From a virus (Duplodnaviria; Caudoviricetes), in the IMG/VR virus record IMGVR_UViG_3300009170_000002, positions 1 through 54,268 of that record: a DNA stretch of 54,268 nt. One strand, given 5' to 3'. A program made the translations under genes and the position numbers. This document shows, one piece after another, positions 8,610 through 18,382 of the stretch. The notes under the pieces were generated by a model. It was not told the DNA's origin, made no database searches, and saw only the letters and a list, made by a program, of their open reading frames with translations. Positions within the stretch are counted from its first letter, which is position 1, and each line of letters starts with the position of its first letter.

Positions 8610-10190
8610 CTAAAGTCCAAATCCGGTGATTTGTTCAATATCCGAAACTGAAGCACGTGGTTGTGGTTTGTATGAGTCATCTTCCGCATTGTACTCTGCT
8701 GAGTCAATGAAAAACATGAATTGATCCTCTGTTGATTGAATGGCGTCCACAACCGGAGTCCTTGAAACTAATTCACACCAAACGCCAACCGGACAGAAGC
8801 AATTTGGTACGGGTGTATTAGATACCATTCCAAAAATGTTCCCGTTTTTGTCCATCCGAATGTTTGATGCGGTACTGCGAGCAATCCATTCTGCTGGTTC
8901 TGCATATATTCTAACATGCAAATCCTCATCCACGCCACCAACATACCTGACAAGGCCTGAGGTTCCTGTGATCATCAATTCTTCTGCCTCTTCTTTTGCA
9001 TTCCGCGAACCATCACGATATTGGGAAGAATAAAGACCGGATGCGTCTGTCACTTCCACACCAATATCGAATTGGGCCGATTCGTTGATTACCTCTGTAA
9101 GTTGCCGGCTGGTTTCGTAAACGCCACCGAGATGAAATTTTAGGTCAGCATCCGGAACTCTTGTCACCCAGGAAGATCCGTTCCAAAGTCTCATTTCACC
9201 AGAAGTGTATGATAAGCCTTCATCAACCCCGATTTTATAATGGTTTACAGATGAAAGCGCACCCGAACGACTCACAACAAGAAAATAGGTCGTGGCCAAT
9301 TCAAATGTAACCGGAGTTGAAAAATCTTTAGTAATCTTTTGTGTTCCGCTTTCAATTTCGGATGCGGGTATTGTTGCCGTTGCGAGAACCGTTCCTGGAA
9401 CACCAGCGTTATTGGCACAAAGTTGGACAATAAGATTATCAGTTGGCGTTCCGAAAGTCGAGGCATATATTGAAATATTATAGGCCATCCAAGACTCGCC
9501 AGAATTGTTTATTATCTTTTGATAAATTTTTGTGTTACCCGCTATCTTTCCTAAATCCTGTTCTTCTCCACCTGCGGCATTCGCCTCGACACCCGCAAGG
9601 TGAAGATAATAAACCCATGAAAGCGTTTCCCAATAACCAATACAATCAATCTCAGGAAATTCAAGACCAGAAAAATCCAATTTGGGAGTTGGTACCTTTC
9701 CTATTGCGAGGATCGTATCCCGTTTGGAGGCGGCGGCCATATCGCTAGAGGCTGATGACGAAATGATTTTTTCTTTTCGCCAATATTCCGTTACAGATGA
9801 CGCGTCATTTGCCCATGCTGTCTCTCTGTACTCTGCTGCTCCTCCACCTGGAGGTGAATATGAATATACAATTTTTACGTAATTGAAAAGACGTTCAAGT
9901 GAAAGGCCTATTGAAAAAGAAGCACCAACCCCAATTGGAATTCTCATTTCCGAAACAATACCCCACCAAACCTTTTCTCCTGTTTCGACATCATAAATTT
10001 CAATTGGGTAACGGAGAGCATTGACGAGTTCGGCTGCGTAGTCCTCGTTAGTAGAATTCATTCGTAAACGGGCCCAAAGTGGACCACCAATTGCTGATTT
10101 GGAAAATCCGATTACCTGTAATAAAGACGTAAAATCAGAATTGATATAGTTGCCTTTTCTGTCTTTCATTACGATTGAAAACTTTCTCAT
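8610..10190 (-). CDS. Minor tail / hub protein with an inserted beta-sandwich domain (start refined to ATG 10190)
   Basis: Follows the distal tail gene with an ATGA overlap. Confidence 0.7.
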   Translation of the reverse strand: MRKFSIVMKDRKGNYINSDFTSLLQVIGFSKSAIGGPLWARLRMNSTNEDYAAELVNALRYPIEIYDVETGEKVWWGIVSEMRIPIGVGASFSIGLSLERLFNYVKIVYSYSPPGGGAAEYRETAWANDASSVTEYWRKEKIISSSASSDMAAASKRDTILAIGKVPTPKLDFSGLEFPEIDCIGYWETLSWVYYLHLAGVEANAAGGEEQDLGKIAGNTKIYQKIINNSGESWMAYNISIYASTFGTPTDNLIVQLCANNAGVPGTVLATATIPASEIESGTQKITKDFSTPVTFELATTYFLVVSRSGALSSVNHYKIGVDEGLSYTSGEMRLWNGSSWVTRVPDADLKFHLGGVYETSRQLTEVINESAQFDIGVEVTDASGLYSSQYRDGSRNAKEEAEELMITGTSGLVRYVGGVDEDLHVRIYAEPAEWIARSTASNIRMDKNGNIFGMVSNTPVPNCFCPVGVWCELVSRTPVVDAIQSTEDQFMFFIDSAEYNAEDDSYKPQPRASVSDIEQITGFGL

Positions 10191-11539
10191 AGTGCCCTCT
10201 TCCTGGGGTAATGTGAAATTTTTACGGTTGCCGTATATTTTGATATCCACGAACCCGTTTGACTTCCCCAAAGAAAGTAAAGTTTCGAATCGGCTCCGGG
10301 CCAAAGTTTTATGGGGTCGCCGATACCAATGTAATTACCCAATTTGCCTGTACTACTCCACCCATCCGTATAAAGGGCCCTATTTTTAGGATCATCATAA
10401 AGGGTAACGTTATAACCAAGTCCATAACCATTTGATCGTAAAACTCTGTTCTCATCCACGGAGCCCAAAAGAAGATAATCGAGATCGAAAGGTCTGGATG
10501 TCGAGTTTGTCGTTTTTACAACCATATGAAGACGTAATGGATAAACGGAACCCGTATCCACAAGATAAGGAGGGAGTCTAAACGTGCCAAAATCAACAAG
10601 AGCGCCGGTATAACCTGAAATAATCTTCCATTTTCCTTCTGAGAGTATTGTCAATCCGGCAATCGAAATAAATAATTTTATCCAAGTTGAGGCCACTGAT
10701 GATAGACCTTTGAAGCTTCCATAAATTCTGAAAAGGTTACCTTTCGCATTGTCCAAAACTGTCGTGGTCAAATCCCAATAATACATCGTTGTCTCACCAG
10801 TAGCAGCGATTGTTACCGTTCTAGTATTACCCCCACTTGCATTAGCGTCCGCTACCGTTGACCCACCAGAAGTTGCCGATTCGCCTTCGATCATGTGCTG
10901 GAATGATGCGGGTGCTGAACGCCGATTCAAGAAAAAGTAGACGTCACCGGCGCGTAAGCTGTCATTGAATGTATTTTTGAATTCTATTTTGGTTGCCCCT
11001 GGTAACGATCCAAGAACGTCGGTTCCCGTAATCGTTACGAAATTATCGTGTGTCGAATCGTCTCGGTTATCAACTGCTATGGCCGATGTCGTTCTCGTCG
11101 CATATCTATTCGTAAGAGGGATTACAATAGGAGTTACAGCATCCCAAAAATTTTGACGCCTCACACTAACTGTAATCTCAGCAAATTGAGACACAAGAGA
11201 GATTTGTGGTTTTCGTGAGTTCCAAGAGATCCATCCACCAAGGACTACCGATTCGTAAAGCGACTCACCAGTGTCAAGTCGTGCTCGGATCATAACTCGA
11301 AGTAATTGATTGATTGAGGTTTTTGCATAATCTTCTGCTTCACTTAGAAGACGCTCCCAAACAGAAACCTGAGCCAGAATTTGGGCGCCTGTCCCCTTAA
11401 GTTTTATTAAGATTGACTCGACGACTTCAGTTTCAGTATCGTTCCCGTTCATGGGAACCCAATCGACCCCATAAACGTACGTTCCACTATCGAGTGAATA
11501 CGTTGTGGAATTTTGGTATAGATCGAGGTCAAAGGCCAT
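10187..11539 (-). CDS. Distal-tail-like minor tail protein with a carbohydrate-binding-like insert
   Basis: Directly after the tape measure gene; IEGESAT..G..VADANASGG CBM-like motif. Confidence 0.65.
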   Translation of the reverse strand: MAFDLDLYQNSTTYSLDSGTYVYGVDWVPMNGNDTETEVVESILIKLKGTGAQILAQVSVWERLLSEAEDYAKTSINQLLRVMIRARLDTGESLYESVVLGGWISWNSRKPQISLVSQFAEITVSVRRQNFWDAVTPIVIPLTNRYATRTTSAIAVDNRDDSTHDNFVTITGTDVLGSLPGATKIEFKNTFNDSLRAGDVYFFLNRRSAPASFQHMIEGESATSGGSTVADANASGGNTRTVTIAATGETTMYYWDLTTTVLDNAKGNLFRIYGSFKGLSSVASTWIKLFISIAGLTILSEGKWKIISGYTGALVDFGTFRLPPYLVDTGSVYPLRLHMVVKTTNSTSRPFDLDYLLLGSVDENRVLRSNGYGLGYNVTLYDDPKNRALYTDGWSSTGKLGNYIGIGDPIKLWPGADSKLYFLWGSQTGSWISKYTATVKISHYPRKRAL

Positions 11540-11540
11540 A

Positions 11541-13757
11541 TTATTTTCTCCGTCTTAAGTTTATATACGAGACAACTTTTTGAGCCAAAAGGTCAATATC
11601 ACCCTGAGAGCCTACGTCACCGTGGATGTGTATCTCTACATTAGTGCCAAATGGGTTCATCTGGGCCTCACCAGGAGGTCCTGAGTATGGTTGTGGTGCA
11701 TATGTTGGATTGAGTGAAAAGCCAGTTTGAAGCGCAACCCCTCCAAATGCAGAAAGTCCTTCAAGTGTTCCCATCATAGCCCCCGCTTGTTGTCTTACGC
11801 CTTTCATTTGCTCACTGATATCAGCAAAACCCTGAGCAAGCGGAGGAAGCGAACCAGGCATATATTCTTTGGGGGCTGCCCCTCTAAGTTGGCGAAACCA
11901 GTCAATCAATGTTTTTACTTTGTCGATGACCCATTGAATTGCTTTTGAAACTGCAGTAAACCCTTTTTCCAATCCTGCAAGTAAGAAGTCCGCTATCGTT
12001 TCAAGAATAGGCATAAGGTTTACATCTATCCATTCACCTAATTTCTGTAGAATAGGAATGACTTTGTCTTGGATGAATGCCCAAACAGCAGTGAATGCTG
12101 GAAGAAGTACGTTGTTCCAAAGTGCACCAAGAGCCTCTCCATACGCCACCAAAATCACTCCGATCAGCTCACCGAGAAGGCCTAAAACTGGCAAAATATT
12201 TTGATCGATGAATGCCCAAACGGCATCGAAGGCCGGTAAAAGGACATTATTCCAGAAGTCTGAGAGTGTTTGGATCGCTGGTGGGATTACCGTGGCTAAC
12301 CACTCAAATAAGGTCGCATATAATGGAAAAACTTTTGTTAAGATAAAATTCCAAACAGTTTGAATTGCAGGAAGCAAAACATTTTGCCAAAAGTTGGCTA
12401 ATGCGGTAATCGCTTGTGAAATTACAGGTCCTAGCCAGGTCCATAATTCTGTTAAAATTGGGAGTGCTGTATTATACCAAAAGTCTGTCAATACGGTTCT
12501 GATACCACCCCAGTTTCCTGCCCAGGCTGCTGCTAAGAGAGCGATAATCCCCACGATCAGACCGATTGGTGAAAACAGTGATGCGATTACCGCACCAATA
12601 CTTGCGATTGCTGAAACGATTCCAGCAGCCGCCAAGATTGCGCCCAAGGTCATAAAGAATGTTTTTAGTTGGGGTCCGTATTTTACAACAAACGGAACCA
12701 GTGTTTTGGTTACAAAGTCACCGATCGACGTAAAGACGTTCCCGATTTGGGTAAAGAAATTCATAATGTTCGCGACCATGTCACCACCAAAAAGTGTTGA
12801 CAGAGCCTCTTTGAATTCTAAAGAACCGGGACCCGCGTCAAGGAAGGCTTCGACCACCCAGCCAACTTTTTCAAGAACGTTTCCCAATTTTTCCGTAAAC
12901 ATTGGCAGATACTTTTTGGCCAATTCTGAAATGTACTTGATGAACGGCAAAATAACGGGGATCAGTTTCATCCCAATTTCATCTTTTAGGTTTGTGAAGG
13001 TTACACCCAAACCAACGATCTCTGCTTGGGCAGAACCCGCGACGTCAGGAATATCCTTGGTATTCTCGGCTAATTTTGTGAGGGCCAGATCCATCATACC
13101 CGCTTGCAACTCGGTTTTTGATAAAGCATCTGCCTCTTTTCCGTACATCTCAGCGGCTCTTGCTGTGGCTTGTTCTAACGTCACTTGAATTTGAAGGTTA
13201 TCCAAAATCATTGGGCTTAAACGGCCAACACCCACGACCAATGAATTCATAAGGTAACCCATATCGTCACCGGTCGATGCGGAAATTTTACCTAAATACT
13301 TCATAGCATCGGGCAATTGAACCGCAAAGTCTTTGGAAATTAGTTGTGAGGCCTTGTTGAATGACATCATAAGGTCTCGGTTCGCGATCATCCCCGATGA
13401 TCCCTTTTGGAGTGCCGCGAGCATTTCGTCCATACCGCTTCCTGCCGCAGTGGCCAACCCGTCAAAACTTGCTTGAACGGTTTGAAGAGGTGCGGCATCT
13501 ATTGCCATTTTTATAGCGCCAACTCCAACAGCAGTAAATGCGGCCGCAAACCCCAAAGCTGCCTTCGTTCCAAAAGCAGCAACGTTCGCCCCGAGTTCGG
13601 CAAATCCTTGCTTTCCGGTCGAGGCAATTGTTTTTGCCATTGTCGACATTTGGCCCTTTACCATTCCCTGGGCTGCCGACATATCTGATTTTAGTTTTGT
13701 AGGATCTGCAGTTAGGTCAAGAACCGCTTCACCAAGACTCGCTCCTGATCCGGTCAT
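11541..13757 (-). CDS. Tail tape measure protein, 738 aa
   Basis: N-terminal LGEAVLDLTAD, Ala/Gly-rich helices, periodic Trp repeats (FWNNVLLPA..VW.FI); follows the chaperone genes. Confidence 0.9.
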   Translation of the reverse strand: MTGSGASLGEAVLDLTADPTKLKSDMSAAQGMVKGQMSTMAKTIASTGKQGFAELGANVAAFGTKAALGFAAAFTAVGVGAIKMAIDAAPLQTVQASFDGLATAAGSGMDEMLAALQKGSSGMIANRDLMMSFNKASQLISKDFAVQLPDAMKYLGKISASTGDDMGYLMNSLVVGVGRLSPMILDNLQIQVTLEQATARAAEMYGKEADALSKTELQAGMMDLALTKLAENTKDIPDVAGSAQAEIVGLGVTFTNLKDEIGMKLIPVILPFIKYISELAKKYLPMFTEKLGNVLEKVGWVVEAFLDAGPGSLEFKEALSTLFGGDMVANIMNFFTQIGNVFTSIGDFVTKTLVPFVVKYGPQLKTFFMTLGAILAAAGIVSAIASIGAVIASLFSPIGLIVGIIALLAAAWAGNWGGIRTVLTDFWYNTALPILTELWTWLGPVISQAITALANFWQNVLLPAIQTVWNFILTKVFPLYATLFEWLATVIPPAIQTLSDFWNNVLLPAFDAVWAFIDQNILPVLGLLGELIGVILVAYGEALGALWNNVLLPAFTAVWAFIQDKVIPILQKLGEWIDVNLMPILETIADFLLAGLEKGFTAVSKAIQWVIDKVKTLIDWFRQLRGAAPKEYMPGSLPPLAQGFADISEQMKGVRQQAGAMMGTLEGLSAFGGVALQTGFSLNPTYAPQPYSGPPGEAQMNPFGTNVEIHIHGDVGSQGDIDLLAQKVVSYINLRRRK

Positions 13758-14059
13758 GTTATTATCTCCACCCCAATTCCGATAAGAGCCAATTTTTCAA
13801 TCGAGGGGACTTCCCTCTTCTTTTCGAAGCCGGCCAAGTCGATCAACTGGGAGAACATTTTCTTTTTGTGTTGTTTATCGGCAAGAGCGATGTCAATGGC
13901 TTCTACAAATCCCAGTATCTGTCGTGATCTGAGTTGCGGAATTCTTTCCAAATACGCATCAATTGCCGACTGCGGCATTCTTGAAATTTCACCGAACCCT
14001 AGCCCATACCAATGCGAGAGTTCGGTGAAAACGTAGCCCCAGTCGACGGTCAGTTTCCC
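13754..14059 (-). CDS. Tail assembly chaperone, -1 frameshift extension (gpGT-like)
   Basis: The -1 frame is open from slippery G-GGA-AAC (14059-14053) through KLTVDWGYVFTELSHWYG...MPQSAID to the stop at 13754. Confidence 0.8.
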   Translation of the reverse strand, partial: GKLTVDWGYVFTELSHWYGLGFGEISRMPQSAIDAYLERIPQLRSRQILGFVEAIDIALADKQHKKKMFSQLIDLAGFEKKREVPSIEKLALIGIGVEIIT

Positions 14060-14403
14060 GGGTTATCTTTTGCCTCTTTTGCTTTTGCGGCAAGCCCCGA
14101 CTCTTCCATGTAGAAGTTGATGATCTGAACTTTTCCCATGAAAGGAACCTTTACTTTGGAAAGATCTTCACAAAAGATTGCGATCGCCTTGTCAACCATT
14201 ACCTCGATCTTGGCTGCCTCTTCTTCAGAAATTTCTTCAGTCCCTAAATCAAGGGATAGGGTTTTGTTGAAGTTTGAAAGGGCAGCCATTTGGCGAGGAC
14301 CCATTGCCTCTGGCGGCAACATGAAATATTCATAACCGCCAAAAATAATTTTGATGGTTTTTTGAGTACCAAGAAGTTCATCGAGATTAAGTGTCTTTGT
14401 CAT
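14050..14403 (-). CDS. Tail assembly chaperone (gpG-like)
   Basis: Lies between the major tail and tape measure genes; ends in slippery GGGAAAC-TGA. Confidence 0.85.
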   Translation of the reverse strand: MTKTLNLDELLGTQKTIKIIFGGYEYFMLPPEAMGPRQMAALSNFNKTLSLDLGTEEISEEEAAKIEVMVDKAIAIFCEDLSKVKVPFMGKVQIINFYMEESGLAAKAKEAKDNPGN

Positions 14404-14978
14404 GGTAGGGCCGCCGCACTCTTCACAATCAATTTTCCAAATTTCAATGCTTCGGTTCCTTGTGTAAGGTCAACAAGAACCCTGAATTCAACGGGGATTT
14501 GAGCGACACCATCTTTTACGAATTCACTTTCAGTTTCACCAGCAAAGTACCCCCGTGTCAGTTGATATTGAGCGGGAAAACTGGCTCCATATGGGGATGA
14601 TCCTCTGAAAAGGAATGCTTTCTCAGTAACAGAAACACCGCGATACAATCCGATTGATTTGGTACCAATTACACCAACGCCCGGATTGACGGTAGTGATC
14701 GTTTGAGAAAGGACTTGAGCCAAATTTTCGAGCGTACTCACGGCAAGATTGGTTGAAATAGTGATCCCTTCGGTCGTCCTTACGGCCTTCACTGGGCCAG
14801 TTTCTTGGTCAACAAAAATTTCTTCGTTCTCTTGTTCGACGTTGATGGTCACACCATCAATTGTATTCCCTAAATTGATCCAATTCACGCTAGGGACGGC
14901 ATCAACCAATGGGAAGGTCTCTCCCAATGAGGCGACATAAAGCGTTCCAACACCTGTCAAAAGTTCATAAGAATTCAT
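14400..14978 (-). CDS. Major tail (tube) protein, paralogue 2
   Basis: GxLYVA...W..LG.TIDGV...VDQETGPV tail-tube pattern; own RBS ggagg. Confidence 0.85.
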   Translation of the reverse strand: MNSYELLTGVGTLYVASLGETFPLVDAVPSVNWINLGNTIDGVTINVEQENEEIFVDQETGPVKAVRTTEGITISTNLAVSTLENLAQVLSQTITTVNPGVGVIGTKSIGLYRGVSVTEKAFLFRGSSPYGASFPAQYQLTRGYFAGETESEFVKDGVAQIPVEFRVLVDLTQGTEALKFGKLIVKSAAALP

Positions 14979-14994
14979 AAGTTACCTCCAAATG

Positions 14995-15570
14995 CTAGGT
15001 TGCAGCTGCGTGCTTCACGATAAGTTTGCCGAATTTCAATGCATCAGATCCTGCAGCAAGATCCACCAAAACGCGAAATTCAATAGGAATTTGGGCAACC
15101 CCATCTTTCACGAACTCAGTCTCGGTCTCACCGGCGAAATACCCTCTGGTCAATTGATACTGCCCGGTAAACGCAGCACCATAAGGTGAATTGCCACGGA
15201 AAAGAAAAGCTTTTTCAACGACGGTTGTTCCACGGTAAAGGCCGATTGATTTGGTGCCAATTGTTCCAGATCCTGGTGCAACCGTAGTAATTGTTTGAGA
15301 AAGGACCTGAGCCAGGTTTTCCAAAGTGCTTACAGCCAGGTTCGTTGAAACAGTAACGCCTTCGGTTGTTCTGATTGCCTTCACCGGACCAGTTTCCTGA
15401 TCGACCGTAATCTCTTCATTTTCCTGCTCAATGTTGATCGTTACACCATCAATAGTATTTCCGAGAGCAACCCAGTTTCCCGCTGGGGTAACTTCAAGTG
15501 CGGGGAACACCTCACCAACCGGCGCCACGTACAAAGCTCCAACTCCAGTCAAAAGTTCATAAGAATTCAT
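14995..15570 (-). CDS. Major tail (tube) protein, paralogue 1
   Basis: Same pattern; about 81% identical to the adjacent paralogue by manual count. Confidence 0.85.
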   Translation of the reverse strand: MNSYELLTGVGALYVAPVGEVFPALEVTPAGNWVALGNTIDGVTINIEQENEEITVDQETGPVKAIRTTEGVTVSTNLAVSTLENLAQVLSQTITTVAPGSGTIGTKSIGLYRGTTVVEKAFLFRGNSPYGAAFTGQYQLTRGYFAGETETEFVKDGVAQIPIEFRVLVDLAAGSDALKFGKLIVKHAAAT

Positions 15571-15794
15571 TCATCACCTCCTAAGATTTTTTCAGCAAGG
15601 TTCTCTTGCACAAGGTAATCTGCCGTCTTTTGATCGACTTCAACCACCTCATTGGGACCACCAATTCCGACCACATCATACATTGATCGGATTTTTACTT
15701 TTACATGCGGAGAAAACGTTGCGGAAATTTCAACGTCTTTATTTTCGACATCCCCACTGGGTGAAAGCATTTTGTTTTCTGATTGCTTCTTCAT
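15567..15794 (-). CDS. Small hypothetical virion-region protein (start refined to ATG 15794)
   Basis: RBS ggagg; EVVEVDQKTADYLVQENLAE motif common in small head/tail-region genes. Confidence 0.65.
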   Translation of the reverse strand: MKKQSENKMLSPSGDVENKDVEISATFSPHVKVKIRSMYDVVGIGGPNEVVEVDQKTADYLVQENLAEKILGGDE

Positions 15795-15802
15795 AATACC
15801 TC

Positions 15803-16249
15803 CTAATTCGGTATTTCTTCTTCGATCGTCAAGGTTTCTTCTGAGATAAGACATTCAAAAAAACCAATAATGATATCCATATCGCCAAGATCAGGATCTA
15901 ACATTTTAGTTGGCCCTGATTGTGGAAGGATGTAATAAATCAAACCGTATCCGTCTGCTCCATGAACAACGACTCGCTCAGTTGTCCGTGAGACGTCGTG
16001 AATAGCTCGATAAATTTTGAAGGCATCCTCATAAGTTGACCCATAACATAAAACTTCTAAACGAAGCTTTTGAATTGGAAGATAAATTTCTGGTTGACCA
16101 CCATCGATTGTTACAGAAACGCCACCAGATCCGGGCGCCCAATTGGTTCCATACTCGTGACTTTCGGCAATGTTTACCCCGATTAAGGTCGACAAAGTTG
16201 AATCGGCAATCAAATAATTTATAACTAAATCGAGCGGGTCAATCATCAT
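15803..16249 (-). CDS. Tail terminator / completion protein
   Basis: Position before the major tail genes; YLIADSTL...LEVLCYG...A pattern. Confidence 0.7.
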   Translation of the reverse strand: MMIDPLDLVINYLIADSTLSTLIGVNIAESHEYGTNWAPGSGGVSVTIDGGQPEIYLPIQKLRLEVLCYGSTYEDAFKIYRAIHDVSRTTERVVVHGADGYGLIYYILPQSGPTKMLDPDLGDMDIIIGFFECLISEETLTIEEEIPN

Positions 16250-16722
16250 CTTAATCGATATCTCCCTATGATCGTTGGCATTTCTTTTCGTACTTCAGCA
16301 CCAGACGTTATGAGAAAATGGAGAACGGTTGGATCATTATGTTTTTGGTGAACATAAATCGCATACCTCATTCCAGTTCCCACTTGAACGGTCAATCTGT
16401 CTCCAACCTTACCAGGATCGTGTTTCGTTCCACCTCTTTCCGGCGTACCTGAAGCCGGTTCAACGTCATCAGATGCCCACGAATATCCTGGTGCGGCCGT
16501 ATGGATGCTTCGACGTAACGTTGCCGTTCTAACACCATGCCCGCCTCCCTTTACAAAAACGGCTTTCCCCTTTGCATTCCTTTCTTGCTTGGATGCGCGA
16601 AGTTTTTGCTTACTTTTACTCTCAACGCGTAATCCAGCTTCAGCCAATGCAGGCGAAACCGTTTTGGTAAGGACCGCTTCCGCGACCTCTTTTCCACGCC
16701 AAACTAATTTGAACTTACTCAT
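16246..16722 (-). CDS. HK97 gp10-like neck/tail completion protein
   Basis: VRTATLRRSI and VGT.MRYAIYVH motifs. Confidence 0.75.
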   Translation of the reverse strand: MSKFKLVWRGKEVAEAVLTKTVSPALAEAGLRVESKSKQKLRASKQERNAKGKAVFVKGGGHGVRTATLRRSIHTAAPGYSWASDDVEPASGTPERGGTKHDPGKVGDRLTVQVGTGMRYAIYVHQKHNDPTVLHFLITSGAEVRKEMPTIIGRYRLR

Positions 16723-16736
16723 ATTATATCACACAA

Positions 16737-17090
16737 TCACTCGGACAGGGTCGCAACAACCTCGATATGCGATCGAGATCGTCCATGCGGTTTGAGAATT
16801 GAACGAATAAGAAATGGTCCCGCAAACGTTTCCTCACGTGTAACTACGTTCACAATCTGATCCCTTGACGTAATATCCGTTTCACCAGGTAAATAAATTT
16901 TATACATATGAGCAGCCTCGTCCAATGCACGGTCACTTTGTCCGCCACGAGAACTCATTTCATCCAAACGGCAAAGTACATTGGTCGCCAGCGGAGCAAA
17001 TGCCGGAACTGCTTGATGATAGCGCCCGGTCGTAACCAATGAAGGCCTTTGGATATCGCATGTATGGATCATCAATGAATTTACGGCCAT
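16737..17090 (-). CDS. Head closure / head-tail joining protein
   Basis: Position, size and IYLP..TDITSRDQI pattern. Confidence 0.7.
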   Translation of the reverse strand: MAVNSLMIHTCDIQRPSLVTTGRYHQAVPAFAPLATNVLCRLDEMSSRGGQSDRALDEAAHMYKIYLPGETDITSRDQIVNVVTREETFAGPFLIRSILKPHGRSRSHIEVVATLSE

Positions 17091-17100
17091 ATTTTTTCCT

Positions 17101-17532
17101 TTACTCTAACGCCACGTGACTGAGATTGACGTATAAATCAACGGTTGCCATCTTCTTTACAGGATCGTAAATTTTATAGAACTCAGACCCGCCATCTGCT
17201 TTGACAATTGATGGCCAAACTGGGATCAGGTCGCCAAAAGAAAATTGGATGCGTTGGGTAACCGGAGAACTGTTTGATGGATAGATGGTATCAATAATTG
17301 GAATTCCTTTTGCATTGACACCCCTTTGCATAAATGCATTCACCTTTCCCTCTTCCTTGATGGCTTTTACATATTTGATGATTGGTGCGGGTTCAGGCTT
17401 CGGATCAGGAACCGGATCGGGAACCGGATCGGGTAATGGTGCAATTTGATCAACAACCAAAACAACATTTACGTTCACGATTGTCCCAGTAGGGAGCCTT
17501 GATAAGAATGCCAAAATTTCGTTTGAATTCAT
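17101..17532 (-). CDS. Hypothetical protein with a PDPV repeat linker and SH3-like C-terminus
   Basis: RBS gaggt; Pro-rich linker PDPVPDPVPDPKPEP. Confidence 0.65.
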   Translation of the reverse strand: MNSNEILAFLSRLPTGTIVNVNVVLVVDQIAPLPDPVPDPVPDPKPEPAPIIKYVKAIKEEGKVNAFMQRGVNAKGIPIIDTIYPSNSSPVTQRIQFSFGDLIPVWPSIVKADGGSEFYKIYDPVKKMATVDLYVNLSHVALE

Positions 17533-17540
17533 GGTGACCT

Positions 17541-18038
17541 CTAAATTATTGTGAATGAAAGTTTGCGAAGAATTTTACGAACTTCTATATCCCAATCGGG
17601 AGCATTATACGAGAAGTCACCGAGGCGTTCTGATACTGATGACGTCCTCTCTATCCAAATTCTCAATGCATCAATGGTGACCTGTTTACGTAGAGGTGCG
17701 TCATTTGTGGGACAATAAACCACCACAATCTTGGTGCCCCAAGTTCCATTTATCCTTTCAATTATGCCTTCATTTTCCCAAAGACGATATTCATCGGCAG
17801 TTATTGATGTGCCATCAGAAGTGATTGTCACTATCGAAAGAATTTTTCGTGCAAGGTAAAGGTGACGTGTCCCACCGTGGAACGTTTCGGTGAACTCGAC
17901 ATCTTCGGCCACGGTCTGTGGAAGTCCAACTTTGGAAACGATAAAGGCCTCCAATCGATCGATCATAGTTTGAAGTTGCAAATCATCGAGTTGCGTCTTT
18001 ATTAGAGCACGCGCTTCGTCAACGGTTACTAAAGTCAT
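17541..18038 (-). CDS. Head-tail adaptor protein
   Basis: LVTVDEAR...SERLGDFSY motifs typical of gp6-like adaptors. Confidence 0.75.
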   Translation of the reverse strand: MTLVTVDEARALIKTQLDDLQLQTMIDRLEAFIVSKVGLPQTVAEDVEFTETFHGGTRHLYLARKILSIVTITSDGTSITADEYRLWENEGIIERINGTWGTKIVVVYCPTNDAPLRKQVTIDALRIWIERTSSVSERLGDFSYNAPDWDIEVRKILRKLSFTII

Positions 18039-18046
18039 ATTTCCTC

Positions 18047-18382
18047 CTATAGAACAATCACTTTAAGATATCCAGTGAAGACGGTATCCATTATGGAAGT
18101 AAAATCAATTACAACACAATAATGTGGGAAAACATATGTTGAAATGATATCAGCGAAGTCAACGGGGCCATCCAATAAGAATGAAAAAACGCCATTGACA
18201 GCGTCTTCGATAGTGATATCCGCTCCTTCTTTTCTAAAGAATTCCGTTCCGTCAGCGTTATTGACCACGTATGTGATTACTGCATTCGTAAGGTTCTTGG
18301 GAGTCCCTGCAGGAATTGTTACTGTTACGAGAATTCTCCGTTCTTCTGTTTTATAAAGGCTTATATTTTGTACGCTAACCAT
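18047..18382 (-). CDS. BppU N-terminal-like virion protein (start refined to ATG 18382)
   Basis: P.NLT.A.I...ITIEDAVNGVF pattern; RBS ggagg. Confidence 0.6.
   Translation of the reverse strand: MVSVQNISLYKTEERRILVTVTIPAGTPKNLTNAVITYVVNNADGTEFFRKEGADITIEDAVNGVFSFLLDGPVDFADIISTYVFPHYCVVIDFTSIMDTVFTGYLKVIVL

Noticed and set aside
14400-15570. Diversity-generating retroelement TR/VR pair, or a read-through fusion of the two tail genes
   Set aside because: No reverse transcriptase is present and the differences are not adenine-specific. The genes are 16 nt apart (out of frame) and the second has its own RBS.
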